A stretch of DNA of 51,405 nucleotides, counting the filler, from Barthelona sp. PAP020 (taxonomy: Eukaryota): NCBI GenBank assembly GCA_040182905.1. It is 2 parts of 2 records of this genome, joined end to end, with 100 filler letters (N's around TTAATTAATTAA, not from the genome) between each part and the next. Parts side by side here need not be neighbours in the genome. Positions count along the whole stretch, not along the records: positions 25,826 to 51,405 come from JARQWU010000144.1; 1 more part is not named here. One strand, 5' to 3'. A program made the translations under genes and the position numbers. Positions 29,791 to 38,814 of this stretch are shown piece by piece (position 1 is the first letter of the stretch; every line of letters starts with the position of its first letter). The notes below the pieces were generated by a model that saw nothing but the letters and a program-made list of their open reading frames with translations, had not been told where the DNA came from and searched no databases.

Positions 29791-32310
29791 ATGATAAGCA
29801 CTTTTGTATTACCTGATGGTTCAATAATAGAAAAAAATTTGAATGATTTCAACAGTGTTAGTTCGTTGAGAATTTATTTTGCAAATATATTAAAAATGAT
29901 GGTTGTGATAATATCACCTCTTGGTTTGTTGGAAAATAATTATCAATTGCGTTTTTTAAAATTATGGTCAAAACCTATTGAATTCAAGGTTTCTTCGCCT
30001 TCAAACGTTGATAATGTAAATCGTTTAGGTTTTGCCTCTCATATTTATGTTCATAAGGACACGAAATATGCCATTAAACATTGTTATTATGAAATATTGT
30101 CAAAATTACCAGCAACGCCAACTTTAATATTGTGTGGCATTGGATCTTCTCATCAAAAACATTTTGATTTAATATCTCAAATATTTGTATCTATAGCACC
30201 AAATGTAGGATATGTAGTTTTTGGAATCAGTGACATTTCTTCTGAAGTCAGCAGTTATGAAAAGGATTTGATTTTTTCATCAGATATTGTTCAAATGATT
30301 GCCATTTCTGATCACCTTGGCAAATATTATTTTGATTATGTCAATGATAACAATACCACAATTACTGAAGAAACCAGCACTCAATTAAGCTCCATATTTT
30401 CATCCGCATTAGCGGGTTCATGTAAGTATGGCATGGACGTATCATCTTCTGATGTGTTGTGTTGTTCTGATGTCGAAAACGTTGTTACTGATGAAGAATA
30501 TGTTGTTTCTGAATCAGAATTTAGAAAATCAGATGACATATCTAGTGACAATTTGGGGGACATTGATATTCATATTATTCCTGAGAATCACATCTCTGAC
30601 AGTAGTTCTGGTGAATCCAATTCTGTTGAAAACAATGCGTGTAATGCACATGAAACAGAATTTACTGCTTCATTCACATATTTACCATCACAGATCAGTG
30701 AGCGGATGTTCCATGATCCATCTTTTGAATTTCAAACGAACACACTATCCGATCAGGAATCATATTCAATGTTTTCTGTGTCTTCTTACAGTGAAAATCC
30801 ACTTGAAGCTAATATTGGCCCCAAGTTAGTACTTTTATTCACCACAAAAGGAAATGAAAAGCGTTCAATTGAACTGGCTGAAGAAAGATGGCCCAACACA
30901 CCAATCCAAGGGCTTTCTTCAACAAGCCTTTTATTATGTAATTCTGTTGTTTTTCAATGTGGAATCATTTCAGTTCAATTGTATCCTACTGCAGATGTTA
31001 TTTCTACTTTTGAGAGTGTGGCCTTTCCGACAGCTGTTGAAGCAGAAGTTACAAAAGTTAGTTGCAATGGTTGTGTTATTGAAGAGTTGGATAATAGACC
31101 TGCTTTAGAAGTTTACAACGAATTTCTTTGTGAGGATTTTTCGGAAAAAACAGATTCGAATTATTTATCACCATTGGGGTTGTTTTTGGATGAAACTGAG
31201 GATGGTATTGAACTGTTTCAAACTATTTTACCCTTGAAGGCTACTAAATCAGGAGGAATAAAACTAAATTTAAGGGTGGAAGTTGGTTCAGTTTTAACAT
31301 TGATGAGTTGTACGGATAAAGGTATTTTCGACAAGCTGAGTAGTATTGGACGATATTTTGAGCGTTCCACCGAATTGTATGGTTTAGGTGTTAATTTAGC
31401 GGCTAATTTTGCTGAAGTCATCAAAAAAGAGGGAAAAGACATTTTGTTTGAAAGATTAACTACCGATTTAAAGAATAAGACGGCAGCTTTTTTCTTCAGT
31501 CAGTTGCAAATTGGTTCTTTATATGCATCAGAGGAATCTATAACTGCACAATTAGTTGGATTAAAACATTCTGCTGAAAATTCCTATTTAACCAACCACA
31601 ATTTGTGTTTTTCCACAATTGCTTTTGTTGAACCACGTATTAATTCCGACCGGCATTTGACTATTTTGATCACTGATATTGAATCATCTACATACCTTTG
31701 GAGACGATATCCCAACGAGATGCAAGAAGCTTTGACGTTACATAATAATTTATTCCGAACTCTGTTGAAAGATCCTGGTTTTGGTGGTGTGGAACTGACA
31801 ACGAGTGGGGATTCATTTTTGATTGCGTTTGGATCGCCGCTAAAGGCTGTATTGTTTTCAATTTTGATTCAACAAGAATTATTGCTATTAGATTGGCCAA
31901 AGAAGCTATTGGAGAATGATATTTGTAAGCCGTGTTTTGATAACGATGGCAAATTAATATGGAACGGTTTGAGAGTTCGTGCAGGTATTTTTTATGGTTC
32001 ACCAAAGGTACATTTTGACGAGTATTCCAATCATCACACTCTTGGTGGTGTTGACATGAAGATTGCCTCACATATTGCTGATGTATCAAATGGAGGACAA
32101 ATTTTGCTTTCACAAGAGGTTTGCAGTTTGGTCAGAGAATATGATTTTAAAGAATGTGAAGGTGTTACCATTTTGCCAGCAGGAAAATTGAAGATACATG
32201 ATTTGAGACTGTTTAATAATTTATTTGAGATATCTCCTTGCAATTTAAGTGGGAGACACTTTTTAAACTTACGAAAGCGTCGAGGGTCAGTTGTTGTCAT
32301 GAAAAAGTAG
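29791..32310 (+). CDS. FIST-domain sensor fused to class III nucleotide cyclase domain
   Basis: FIST segments PKLVLLF...WPNTPIQGLSS and VTKV...VIEELDNRPALEVYNE...SPLG...VEVGSVLTLM; cyclase TDIESSTYLW, GDSFLIAF, WNGLRVRAGI, NGGQILLS. First in-frame ATG is 29791. Confidence 0.8.
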   Translation: MISTFVLPDGSIIEKNLNDFNSVSSLRIYFANILKMMVVIISPLGLLENNYQLRFLKLWSKPIEFKVSSPSNVDNVNRLGFASHIYVHKDTKYAIKHCYYEILSKLPATPTLILCGIGSSHQKHFDLISQIFVSIAPNVGYVVFGISDISSEVSSYEKDLIFSSDIVQMIAISDHLGKYYFDYVNDNNTTITEETSTQLSSIFSSALAGSCKYGMDVSSSDVLCCSDVENVVTDEEYVVSESEFRKSDDISSDNLGDIDIHIIPENHISDSSSGESNSVENNACNAHETEFTASFTYLPSQISERMFHDPSFEFQTNTLSDQESYSMFSVSSYSENPLEANIGPKLVLLFTTKGNEKRSIELAEERWPNTPIQGLSSTSLLLCNSVVFQCGIISVQLYPTADVISTFESVAFPTAVEAEVTKVSCNGCVIEELDNRPALEVYNEFLCEDFSEKTDSNYLSPLGLFLDETEDGIELFQTILPLKATKSGGIKLNLRVEVGSVLTLMSCTDKGIFDKLSSIGRYFERSTELYGLGVNLAANFAEVIKKEGKDILFERLTTDLKNKTAAFFFSQLQIGSLYASEESITAQLVGLKHSAENSYLTNHNLCFSTIAFVEPRINSDRHLTILITDIESSTYLWRRYPNEMQEALTLHNNLFRTLLKDPGFGGVELTTSGDSFLIAFGSPLKAVLFSILIQQELLLLDWPKKLLENDICKPCFDNDGKLIWNGLRVRAGIFYGSPKVHFDEYSNHHTLGGVDMKIASHIADVSNGGQILLSQEVCSLVREYDFKECEGVTILPAGKLKIHDLRLFNNLFEISPCNLSGRHFLNLRKRRGSVVVMKK

Positions 32311-32824
32311 TTTTGATGTTTATATTTGATTTGGAAATAATTTATTAGGGAGTTTTGTAAATTTAGGCTTTTTTTTAAACTTTTGTCTTCTTTTTTGTGC
32401 CAAAAATTTTTCTTTTATCTTTAATTTTCGATGGGTTGAACATAAAAAAGTGTTAAAATTTATGATGAATAATCTTCATAAAGGAGTTGTGATTCAGACT
32501 TTTCAGGTTTTTGAATTAGCAGTAGAAACTAAACAAAGCGATCATCCACTTTAACATGCTTTTTGGGCAGAAAACTAATGTTTGATCCTTTTTCAACTTA
32601 ATGGAAAGTTTACCTTTGTCCTACAGATAGTAAAATGATTGCATTGTTTATTATTCAAAAGAGTCAAGATATTTCGAGCTGATATAAATTGAAGATTGAA
32701 ACGAATGATGAATTTTTTTTGAATGCTGAAAAAAAGATGAAAGAAGTTCTTCTTAACAAAGTGTTTGCTCGAAAATTCATATTTTCCTCTCCAACCAAAT
32801 TAAAAAAAAGCAGAAAGAAAAGAT

Positions 32825-33639
32825 TTATTTTTTCTTTTTCAAGAATTCAAGTTTTTTTGTTTTTCCTTCAAATCCAGGTCGCAAAACTTTTGATCTACTG
32901 TTGTCATTCTCAACTTGCTTTTTGTTTCCTTTGTTCTTTTTTCCACTTTTCTTCAACGACTTTTTAATCATCTGCCTATTATCTAAAACTCTTTGTCCTT
33001 TCGCTCTTTGTAGGGCAGATGACAAAGCCACTCGTTTTTTATAGGCTTTGCCTTCTTCAGTATTTTCACCTCCCAATTCTATTATGTCCTGCATCTGTTT
33101 ATCACTTTCTCTTAAAGCTTGTTGCATTTGTTTTTTCTTTGTCATTCTTGGCTTCCAATCTTTCTCAATTTCTTTTCTTTTTGTCAAAGCAACTTCAACA
33201 TCATCCTCAACATCTTCAACATCGGCATTGTCCCTTTTTGGTTCAGGGTCTGCTCTTGGTGCTTTATTTTTGTTTTTTTGTCTGATCTTTTGTAAGGTTT
33301 TCTCTTTTTTGTTCTGATTTAATGATAAAACAGTATTTTTAGTTTCTTCATCATTATTCAATTTATTTTTTGTTGAATGTTTATCAACATCGTTATTTGC
33401 TGATGCTCTGGCATCCAACTTTTCCCGCAATTCAGATATTTTTCGTTGAGCTTCAATAGTTTTTGATGAAATTTGTTTACTGTCTCCTGATTTTTCATAA
33501 ATTGTTTTTGTTCGTTTTATTGGTGCGCTATTTTCAACATTATTAGATTGTTTTTTTGATTTTTCAGTTCTTCTTGCAGTTATTTCATTTTGGGGAATCA
33601 ACTTGAAAGTATTTTCCAAAACTTCTTGTTAGTATTCAT
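32825..33639 (-). CDS. SURF6: SURF6/Rrp14 ribosome biogenesis protein (one base missing near the start)
   Basis: Lys-rich; ALQRAKGQRVLDNRQMIKKSLK and RPGFEGK are SURF6 hallmarks. ATG 33639 lies 20 nt upstream of the open frame's TTG (33619), one base short of in-frame. Confidence 0.8.
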
Positions 33640-33822
33640 TATAATAAACAGATAAATACAGTTTAAAGTATTTTCAAAATCGAACAGAACCATTAAAAAA
33701 TATCTTGAACATTTTATTTTTATTTTTAATGTCTTTTGATTATTAATTGTTTTGTTTTGCATAAATTTAAAGACATAAATTGATGAAGATTTTGATGCAA
33801 TTTACTGTAAAAACTTTAGGAA

Positions 33823-35064
33823 ATGTCTAATAAAATTTTATCCATGATAGCGAGACCTACACCCCCCAAACCTAATGTTAATGGGTGTGGATTAGAAAGA
33901 CAATCTGTAGCATTACCATCCTACATATTTTTGCAATCAACGATGCAAAGACAAGTTATATTGTCATTGTCAAATGAAATTGAAGAATTAATTGATTGTA
34001 TTGAAGCGAAACGTGCTGTAAAAGAAGATATATATCCCTTTAAACAGGAATTGGATGATAAGATTTCAAAATTAGAAACGTTAACTACTTTGGAAAGATT
34101 GAATGATATCGTTTATGATAACAATAGCACTTTTGAACAATTCATTGATGGTTATGAAAGTTTAAAGAATAAATTAAATATGGATGATGACTTGGTATTA
34201 GATTATGAATTAAACTGTGCTATTTTACAATTTTTACAAACCACCGGGCATTCCAAGTTGGCTGTTGAATTTGCTAATATGATAGATCCTGAACAAAAGG
34301 ACAAATTTTTGAGAGTTCCTCTGTTGGCTAGTTCTCTGAATATAATAAGTGAATTCAAGGATGCAATGGAGAGGTTAAAGGATTTTTCAAATCCACTTCC
34401 CTTGATTAAAATCATCAAGGTGGAGAACGAGTTGAACGAATTCTATGTTTTGCTCTTTGTCATTCAATTCATCAATTTATTGTTAAAAGAACAGACTAAA
34501 TCTGCTTTGATTGCCTTACGTACGTTTTCAAAAAATAATAGAGATTTGAATGACATTTATAAAGTTTCACGACTTTTAACGTTTGGAAAACATCCAAGTA
34601 AATTATTGAAAGAGAGATCCATTGCTTTAAACACAATTGTTGAGCATGAAGAAAAGATTAGATTTCATTTGTTAGAATCCATTGGATTTCAAGCAAATTC
34701 TTCTTTGAATGCTGTTTCTAACGTTGGGATGAGAGTACTTCTTCATTCTTCTTGTAAAAATCATGAAAGAAACGATTGTCCAGCATGCAAGGGTCCTTTT
34801 GCTCAATCAGTAAAGGGTTTAGATCCTTTAAATAGATTATGTTCTTATCCTTTGTGTCCTTTTACAGGAAAATCTTTATCAACAGAAGGAATAACCAGAC
34901 CAATTTTATTACCCAATGGAAATGTTTATTCATTGGAAGCCATTGTTCAAGATATTACTCAAATAACATCAAGCGACTTTGATTTGAAATCCGTCGATGT
35001 TATTGATCCTGTAACACATGAGTCTTTTAATGGAAGTCAAGCTCGTTTGATATTTTTCCCTTAA
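33823..35064 (+). CDS. MAEA: GID/CTLH E3 ligase subunit MAEA/Gid9
   Basis: LisH (LNCAILQFLQTTGHSKLA), CTLH/CRA helices, C-terminal DCPAC...LCPFTG...PILLPNGNVYS...VIDPVTHESF. Confidence 0.75.
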   Translation: MSNKILSMIARPTPPKPNVNGCGLERQSVALPSYIFLQSTMQRQVILSLSNEIEELIDCIEAKRAVKEDIYPFKQELDDKISKLETLTTLERLNDIVYDNNSTFEQFIDGYESLKNKLNMDDDLVLDYELNCAILQFLQTTGHSKLAVEFANMIDPEQKDKFLRVPLLASSLNIISEFKDAMERLKDFSNPLPLIKIIKVENELNEFYVLLFVIQFINLLLKEQTKSALIALRTFSKNNRDLNDIYKVSRLLTFGKHPSKLLKERSIALNTIVEHEEKIRFHLLESIGFQANSSLNAVSNVGMRVLLHSSCKNHERNDCPACKGPFAQSVKGLDPLNRLCSYPLCPFTGKSLSTEGITRPILLPNGNVYSLEAIVQDITQITSSDFDLKSVDVIDPVTHESFNGSQARLIFFP

Positions 35065-35332
35065 GTTTATTGATATGTTCATTTATTAATTCAACTTTGT
35101 TATTATCATTAAGTTTTTTTGAAATTTCCAATAACATTTCCAAAATTTGCATTCCTTCTTGATATTCAACTTCATTTAATAATAAAATTCCTTGTGTAAA
35201 TAAATATTCTCCTAAATTTTCATATTTAATTGTATTATCTATTTCAAATTGTTCTTTCAAAGAATTCATAAATTGAACCCTTTTAACAACTTTTTTTGTC
35301 TCTTCAGATATTAAGAATCTATTAGAATTCAT
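35027..35332 (-). CDS. Hypothetical 101-aa helical protein overlapping the MAEA 3' end
   Basis: ATG-initiated ORF with protein-like composition that fills the gap between MAEA and RPL14. Confidence 0.55.
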   Translation of the reverse strand: MNSNRFLISEETKKVVKRVQFMNSLKEQFEIDNTIKYENLGEYLFTQGILLLNEVEYQEGMQILEMLLEISKKLNDNNKVELINEHINKLKGKISNELDFH

Positions 35333-35407
35333 TGAAGAATAATTTTGGTATTTGAATTGAAAAAAAAAAAAAAATAAAAACCTTCATTTATCATAAATCC
35401 GAAAAAC

Positions 35408-35846
35408 TTATTGGCGTTGAGCTTTTAAAGCCTTAACTTCAGCATTGATACGGCGGTTACGTCTTTGTTTAAAAACCATCAATTTGAAACGATCAAAGTC
35501 GTGTCTTTCAGTGGCACTAATTCTTTTGTCAATTTTAGAACCCCAAGCAGAAGCTTTGAATTTGTTGAAAATATCAGCTTCTTCACAGACTTTCTTGACA
35601 GTGGAAGCACGAGCACCACGAGGAAGGTTAATCTTTAAACCAGTGAGAGAAAGGCGTGAATTTGAGATTTGAGTTTTCATACCAGTGTTAACATCACCAA
35701 TGATACTCTTGTTGGCATCAAGTAAATCGCAAATAACAACAACAGAGTCGGCACCAGTACCATAGTTGATCTTGGCAACACGACCAATTTCAAAGAATCT
35801 ATCGAAAACCTAACTGTCAGTGAATGTAAAGAACAGATAATACCAT
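35408..35846 (-). CDS. RPL14: 60S ribosomal protein eL14 (2 exons: 35846-35844, 35809-35408)
   Basis: Spliced product MVFDRFFEIGRVAKINYG...VVICDLLDANK...LSLTGLKINLPRGAR...DFDRFK. Confidence 0.95.
35810..35843 (-). other. 34-nt spliceosomal intron in RPL14, directly after the ATG
   Basis: GTATTA...CACTGACAGTTAG; its removal restores the eL14 frame. Confidence 0.9.
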
Positions 35847-35996
35847 GATTATGTAGGAAAATGAAGGGAATTCTGTAAGAAAGGAGATGGAAAGAATTGA
35901 ATTTTTTTTTGTAAAACATTCATTTTTTTTCCTTCCCATTTTTTTGAATTTTATCCCATCGAATTCTTTTATAATCATTAGATTAAGTGGTATATT

Positions 35997-36797
35997 ATGG
36001 AACAAATTCACTTGTTAGAGATTGTAGCTGATCATGGTGCCATTCTTTCTCCAGAAGAAAAGGCTTCCTTACAATTATCATTACCTATTCTTAAATCGAG
36101 TAATCATTTTAAGTCTGTACAATTTTGGGGACGAATTAATGGTATTTTTGGAAATTATTACATTGCTATGGGATTTGATGAAAAGAGAAAACGTTCATAT
36201 TATTTCCGTCAAACTGAAGCTGATTTTACTTTACTTCCTGAAATATCTGAAGAGGATTCTCAAAAAGCTATGAAAATTCATGTGCCTTTTTATGGTATTC
36301 CTTCACATTCATATGGTAATGGTTCTGAAGAAGTTGATAATGAAGTTGCTGTTGATGTTTTCTCTGAATTGAAACGACTTTCTGTAGTTGTTCGTGCCAT
36401 TTCTCATGAAACTTCAGTTTTTCCTCGTGGATATTTAACATTAAATATGGTTACAAATATTCCTTCTGAAAATGTTATGTTTGGAGGTGTTAAATATGAT
36501 GATGCTACTGATTTAACTCAGTATTATCATGATAGATCCTGCATTCATCACAAAACCTTGGCTGAGTTTGCTAAAGCTAATTTGGAAAAGCCCATTGATT
36601 TTTCTGATTGTATTGCTGATGATGAACCAAAAGGAATTTGGCTTTGTAATAGAGATAAAAATTTAGTTGTTTTACGCAACATTGTTTGGCCTGGATATAC
36701 ATTTGCACAAGTTTGTGACTCTCCCACCTTTTTATCCACTTATTTTGGTGATGGTTTACCAAATCGTGATTATATGTTTTCCATGTTAGAATGTTAG
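35997..36797 (+). CDS. RSPH9: Radial spoke head protein 9
   Basis: LSPEEKASLQLSL, VQFWGRINGIFGNYYIAMG, ELKRLSVVV, FPRG, VVLRNIVWPG, YFGDG. Confidence 0.92.
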   Translation: MEQIHLLEIVADHGAILSPEEKASLQLSLPILKSSNHFKSVQFWGRINGIFGNYYIAMGFDEKRKRSYYFRQTEADFTLLPEISEEDSQKAMKIHVPFYGIPSHSYGNGSEEVDNEVAVDVFSELKRLSVVVRAISHETSVFPRGYLTLNMVTNIPSENVMFGGVKYDDATDLTQYYHDRSCIHHKTLAEFAKANLEKPIDFSDCIADDEPKGIWLCNRDKNLVVLRNIVWPGYTFAQVCDSPTFLSTYFGDGLPNRDYMFSMLEC

Positions 36798-37041
36798 TCC
36801 CATCAAAGCTTATATTCTTTTTATATTTATATATATATATGTATTTGTTGTGAAAAAATGAAAGTGACAGTTTATTTATTTTGTTTGTGTATTTGAGTTA
36901 ATTGTGAAATAAAATTTTTTTTCATTTTCTTCTTATTATTGTCGGAAATTTTTTTGTTATCAAAAAGAATAAACCAATTTCATTGGTTTTTGATTGAAAT
37001 GCTTTTCCCAAAAATGAAAAGTGAAGAAAAAATAAAGTAAT

Positions 37042-37683
37042 TTACAAATATTTGTTGATGAGGTCTTGAGAAAATTTAGGGGTGAAAGTATCACATTCAT
37101 TTTCCAAAGCAACATATTCTTCAGTCGCAACATATTCAAGATTCAAAACTTTGTCCGTAATTGTTGTTATTTCAATTCTGTTTTCGTCTGATGCTAGTCC
37201 CAAACTACAAAATGCTTCCTGAATTTCATCATCATCATCATCAAAATCCAAGGGATTCTCCAAAATATTCTCAATATTTGTTGATTCACAAGTCATCCAT
37301 GATAACTGATTTGAAGGTTTGTGAACAACATTGATTGTTTCCAGATTTTTGTCAAAATCATCATCATCCAAATTTACAATATTTTCTCTATCAATTTGTA
37401 TTTCTTTTTCTTTTTCTTCAATTGCTTCAATATTTTTGGAAAAAGATTCAACATCAAAGGGAATTTCCACAAAATCATAATTTTTATTCTTTTTTTGCTG
37501 TGTTTTATTCTTTTTTATTTTGTTGAATGATGTTTGGTTGAGTTCTATTTTTGATAAGCTGGATAAAAAATTAACTTTTTCATTTTGGATTGGGAGAATG
37601 TCATGTTCTTTTTGAATTTGTTTGGATAATATTTTCTCTAATGTGGTTTCTACAGGACTAACGTCTTCAGGCTCAGATATCAT
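37042..37683 (-). CDS. Hypothetical acidic protein
   Basis: ORF of about 213 aa from ATG 37683, D/E-rich, no recognised motif. Confidence 0.6.
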   Translation of the reverse strand: MISEPEDVSPVETTLEKILSKQIQKEHDILPIQNEKVNFLSSLSKIELNQTSFNKIKKNKTQQKKNKNYDFVEIPFDVESFSKNIEAIEEKEKEIQIDRENIVNLDDDDFDKNLETINVVHKPSNQLSWMTCESTNIENILENPLDFDDDDDEIQEAFCSLGLASDENRIEITTITDKVLNLEYVATEEYVALENECDTFTPKFSQDLINKYL

Positions 37684-37743
37684 CAACTGAACATTAAAAA
37701 AAAAAAAATAAATAACAATCAAAAAAATTATTTACATTCCATC

Positions 37744-38304
37744 TCAATTGTTATATCCTAGGGGTGTTTGAATAATAGTATGAACTGGAGTTCGAATGAA
37801 AGGTGTTTGTACTGAACTGTAAGAGATAATTTCGTTCGTTGTTTGTTCTTCTTCATATTCTGGAGTTTTAAAATCATCCTTCAATATTAAATATATTCCA
37901 AAAGTTGTACATACGAATAAAGAAATCAATGCTATAATCGATCGATATGAAACAGCACCCAAAAAAGCATCCAATACTTCTGCGAATACTTGCATTTTTA
38001 TTCTAATCGAACCTCCTTCATTTGTTCGTTCCATACAAAGTTTCCAGCTTTTGCACTTCTCAGCAAAATCTGTGTCAGGATATCCATGATCACAATGATT
38101 GTCTCTGTATCTTCGGGCACAATCTTGCTGTCTAAGCATATTTAATCTTCTACCTTGATCAACAGCAGTAGCTACGTCATTTCTAAAAGCAGTAATGAAA
38201 CCATGTAATGCAGCCACAATTAAAACTGTCAAAAAAATTCGTAATAATAATCCAATATAACCTGTAGTTATTCGAATACGTTGTGTGATGACTAAATTAT
38301 TCAT
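37744..38304 (-). CDS. BRR6: Brr6/Brl1 nuclear envelope protein
   Basis: TM-(FRNDV...CARRYRDNHC...CKSWKLCM)-FAEVLDAF..VSYRS-TM, with the four conserved lumenal cysteines. Confidence 0.85.
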   Translation of the reverse strand: MNNLVITQRIRITTGYIGLLLRIFLTVLIVAALHGFITAFRNDVATAVDQGRRLNMLRQQDCARRYRDNHCDHGYPDTDFAEKCKSWKLCMERTNEGGSIRIKMQVFAEVLDAFLGAVSYRSIIALISLFVCTTFGIYLILKDDFKTPEYEEEQTTNEIISYSSVQTPFIRTPVHTIIQTPLGYNN

Positions 38305-38361
38305 TGATACATGAGTAATGATAAAAAAAAAAAGTATTTTTTTTTAATTATATATTATCCA

Positions 38362-38631
38362 ATGAATGAATCCAATGAACAATTCTTTTTGTTTTCTTAT
38401 CCAAAGGATTTTGATCTCAACCAATTGAAAGGAAAAAAAGTGAAGTTTTCCAAATCCGCTGAATTTGGGGAAATTGCCGCCACAATTTCAACAAAGGAGG
38501 ACAAGGAAGTTAATTTTCGAGTTCAGACAAATGATTTAATTGAAATGCACAGTATTATTCCTTCAGTTGATGATGAATATGTGTTGGGACCTAAAATTGA
38601 AAAGGTTTACAACATAGCACCTTCTTTTTAG
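38362..38631 (+). CDS. RPA34: RNA polymerase I subunit A34.5-like (minimal)
   Basis: QFFLFSYPKDFDLNQLKGKKVKF resembles the A34 dimerisation-domain start (xWLIxxPxxFDxxxLxG); later SIIPS..EYVLGP. 89 aa from ATG 38362. Confidence 0.5.
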   Translation: MNESNEQFFLFSYPKDFDLNQLKGKKVKFSKSAEFGEIAATISTKEDKEVNFRVQTNDLIEMHSIIPSVDDEYVLGPKIEKVYNIAPSF

Positions 38632-38814
38632 TCTTTGTTCGGGTCTTTTTTAAATTATTTATACACATAAATTATCGAATATTTACGTTATTTTTTTGTT
38701 GTTTGTGAAAGATACTTTCTAAGATAAAATTTATTTTGGACCAGAAAATAGTGTATTTGAACACAAAGATAAATAAAAAATCTAACAAAAAAAAAAGAGA
38801 ATATTTACACTAAG

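Noticed and set aside
32311..32824. Possible C/D snoRNA or small gene in the 500-bp gap (ATGATGA..., short ORFs)
   Set aside because: No convincing box C/D pair with a terminal stem or recognisable rRNA guide; the ORFs are short and stop-broken.
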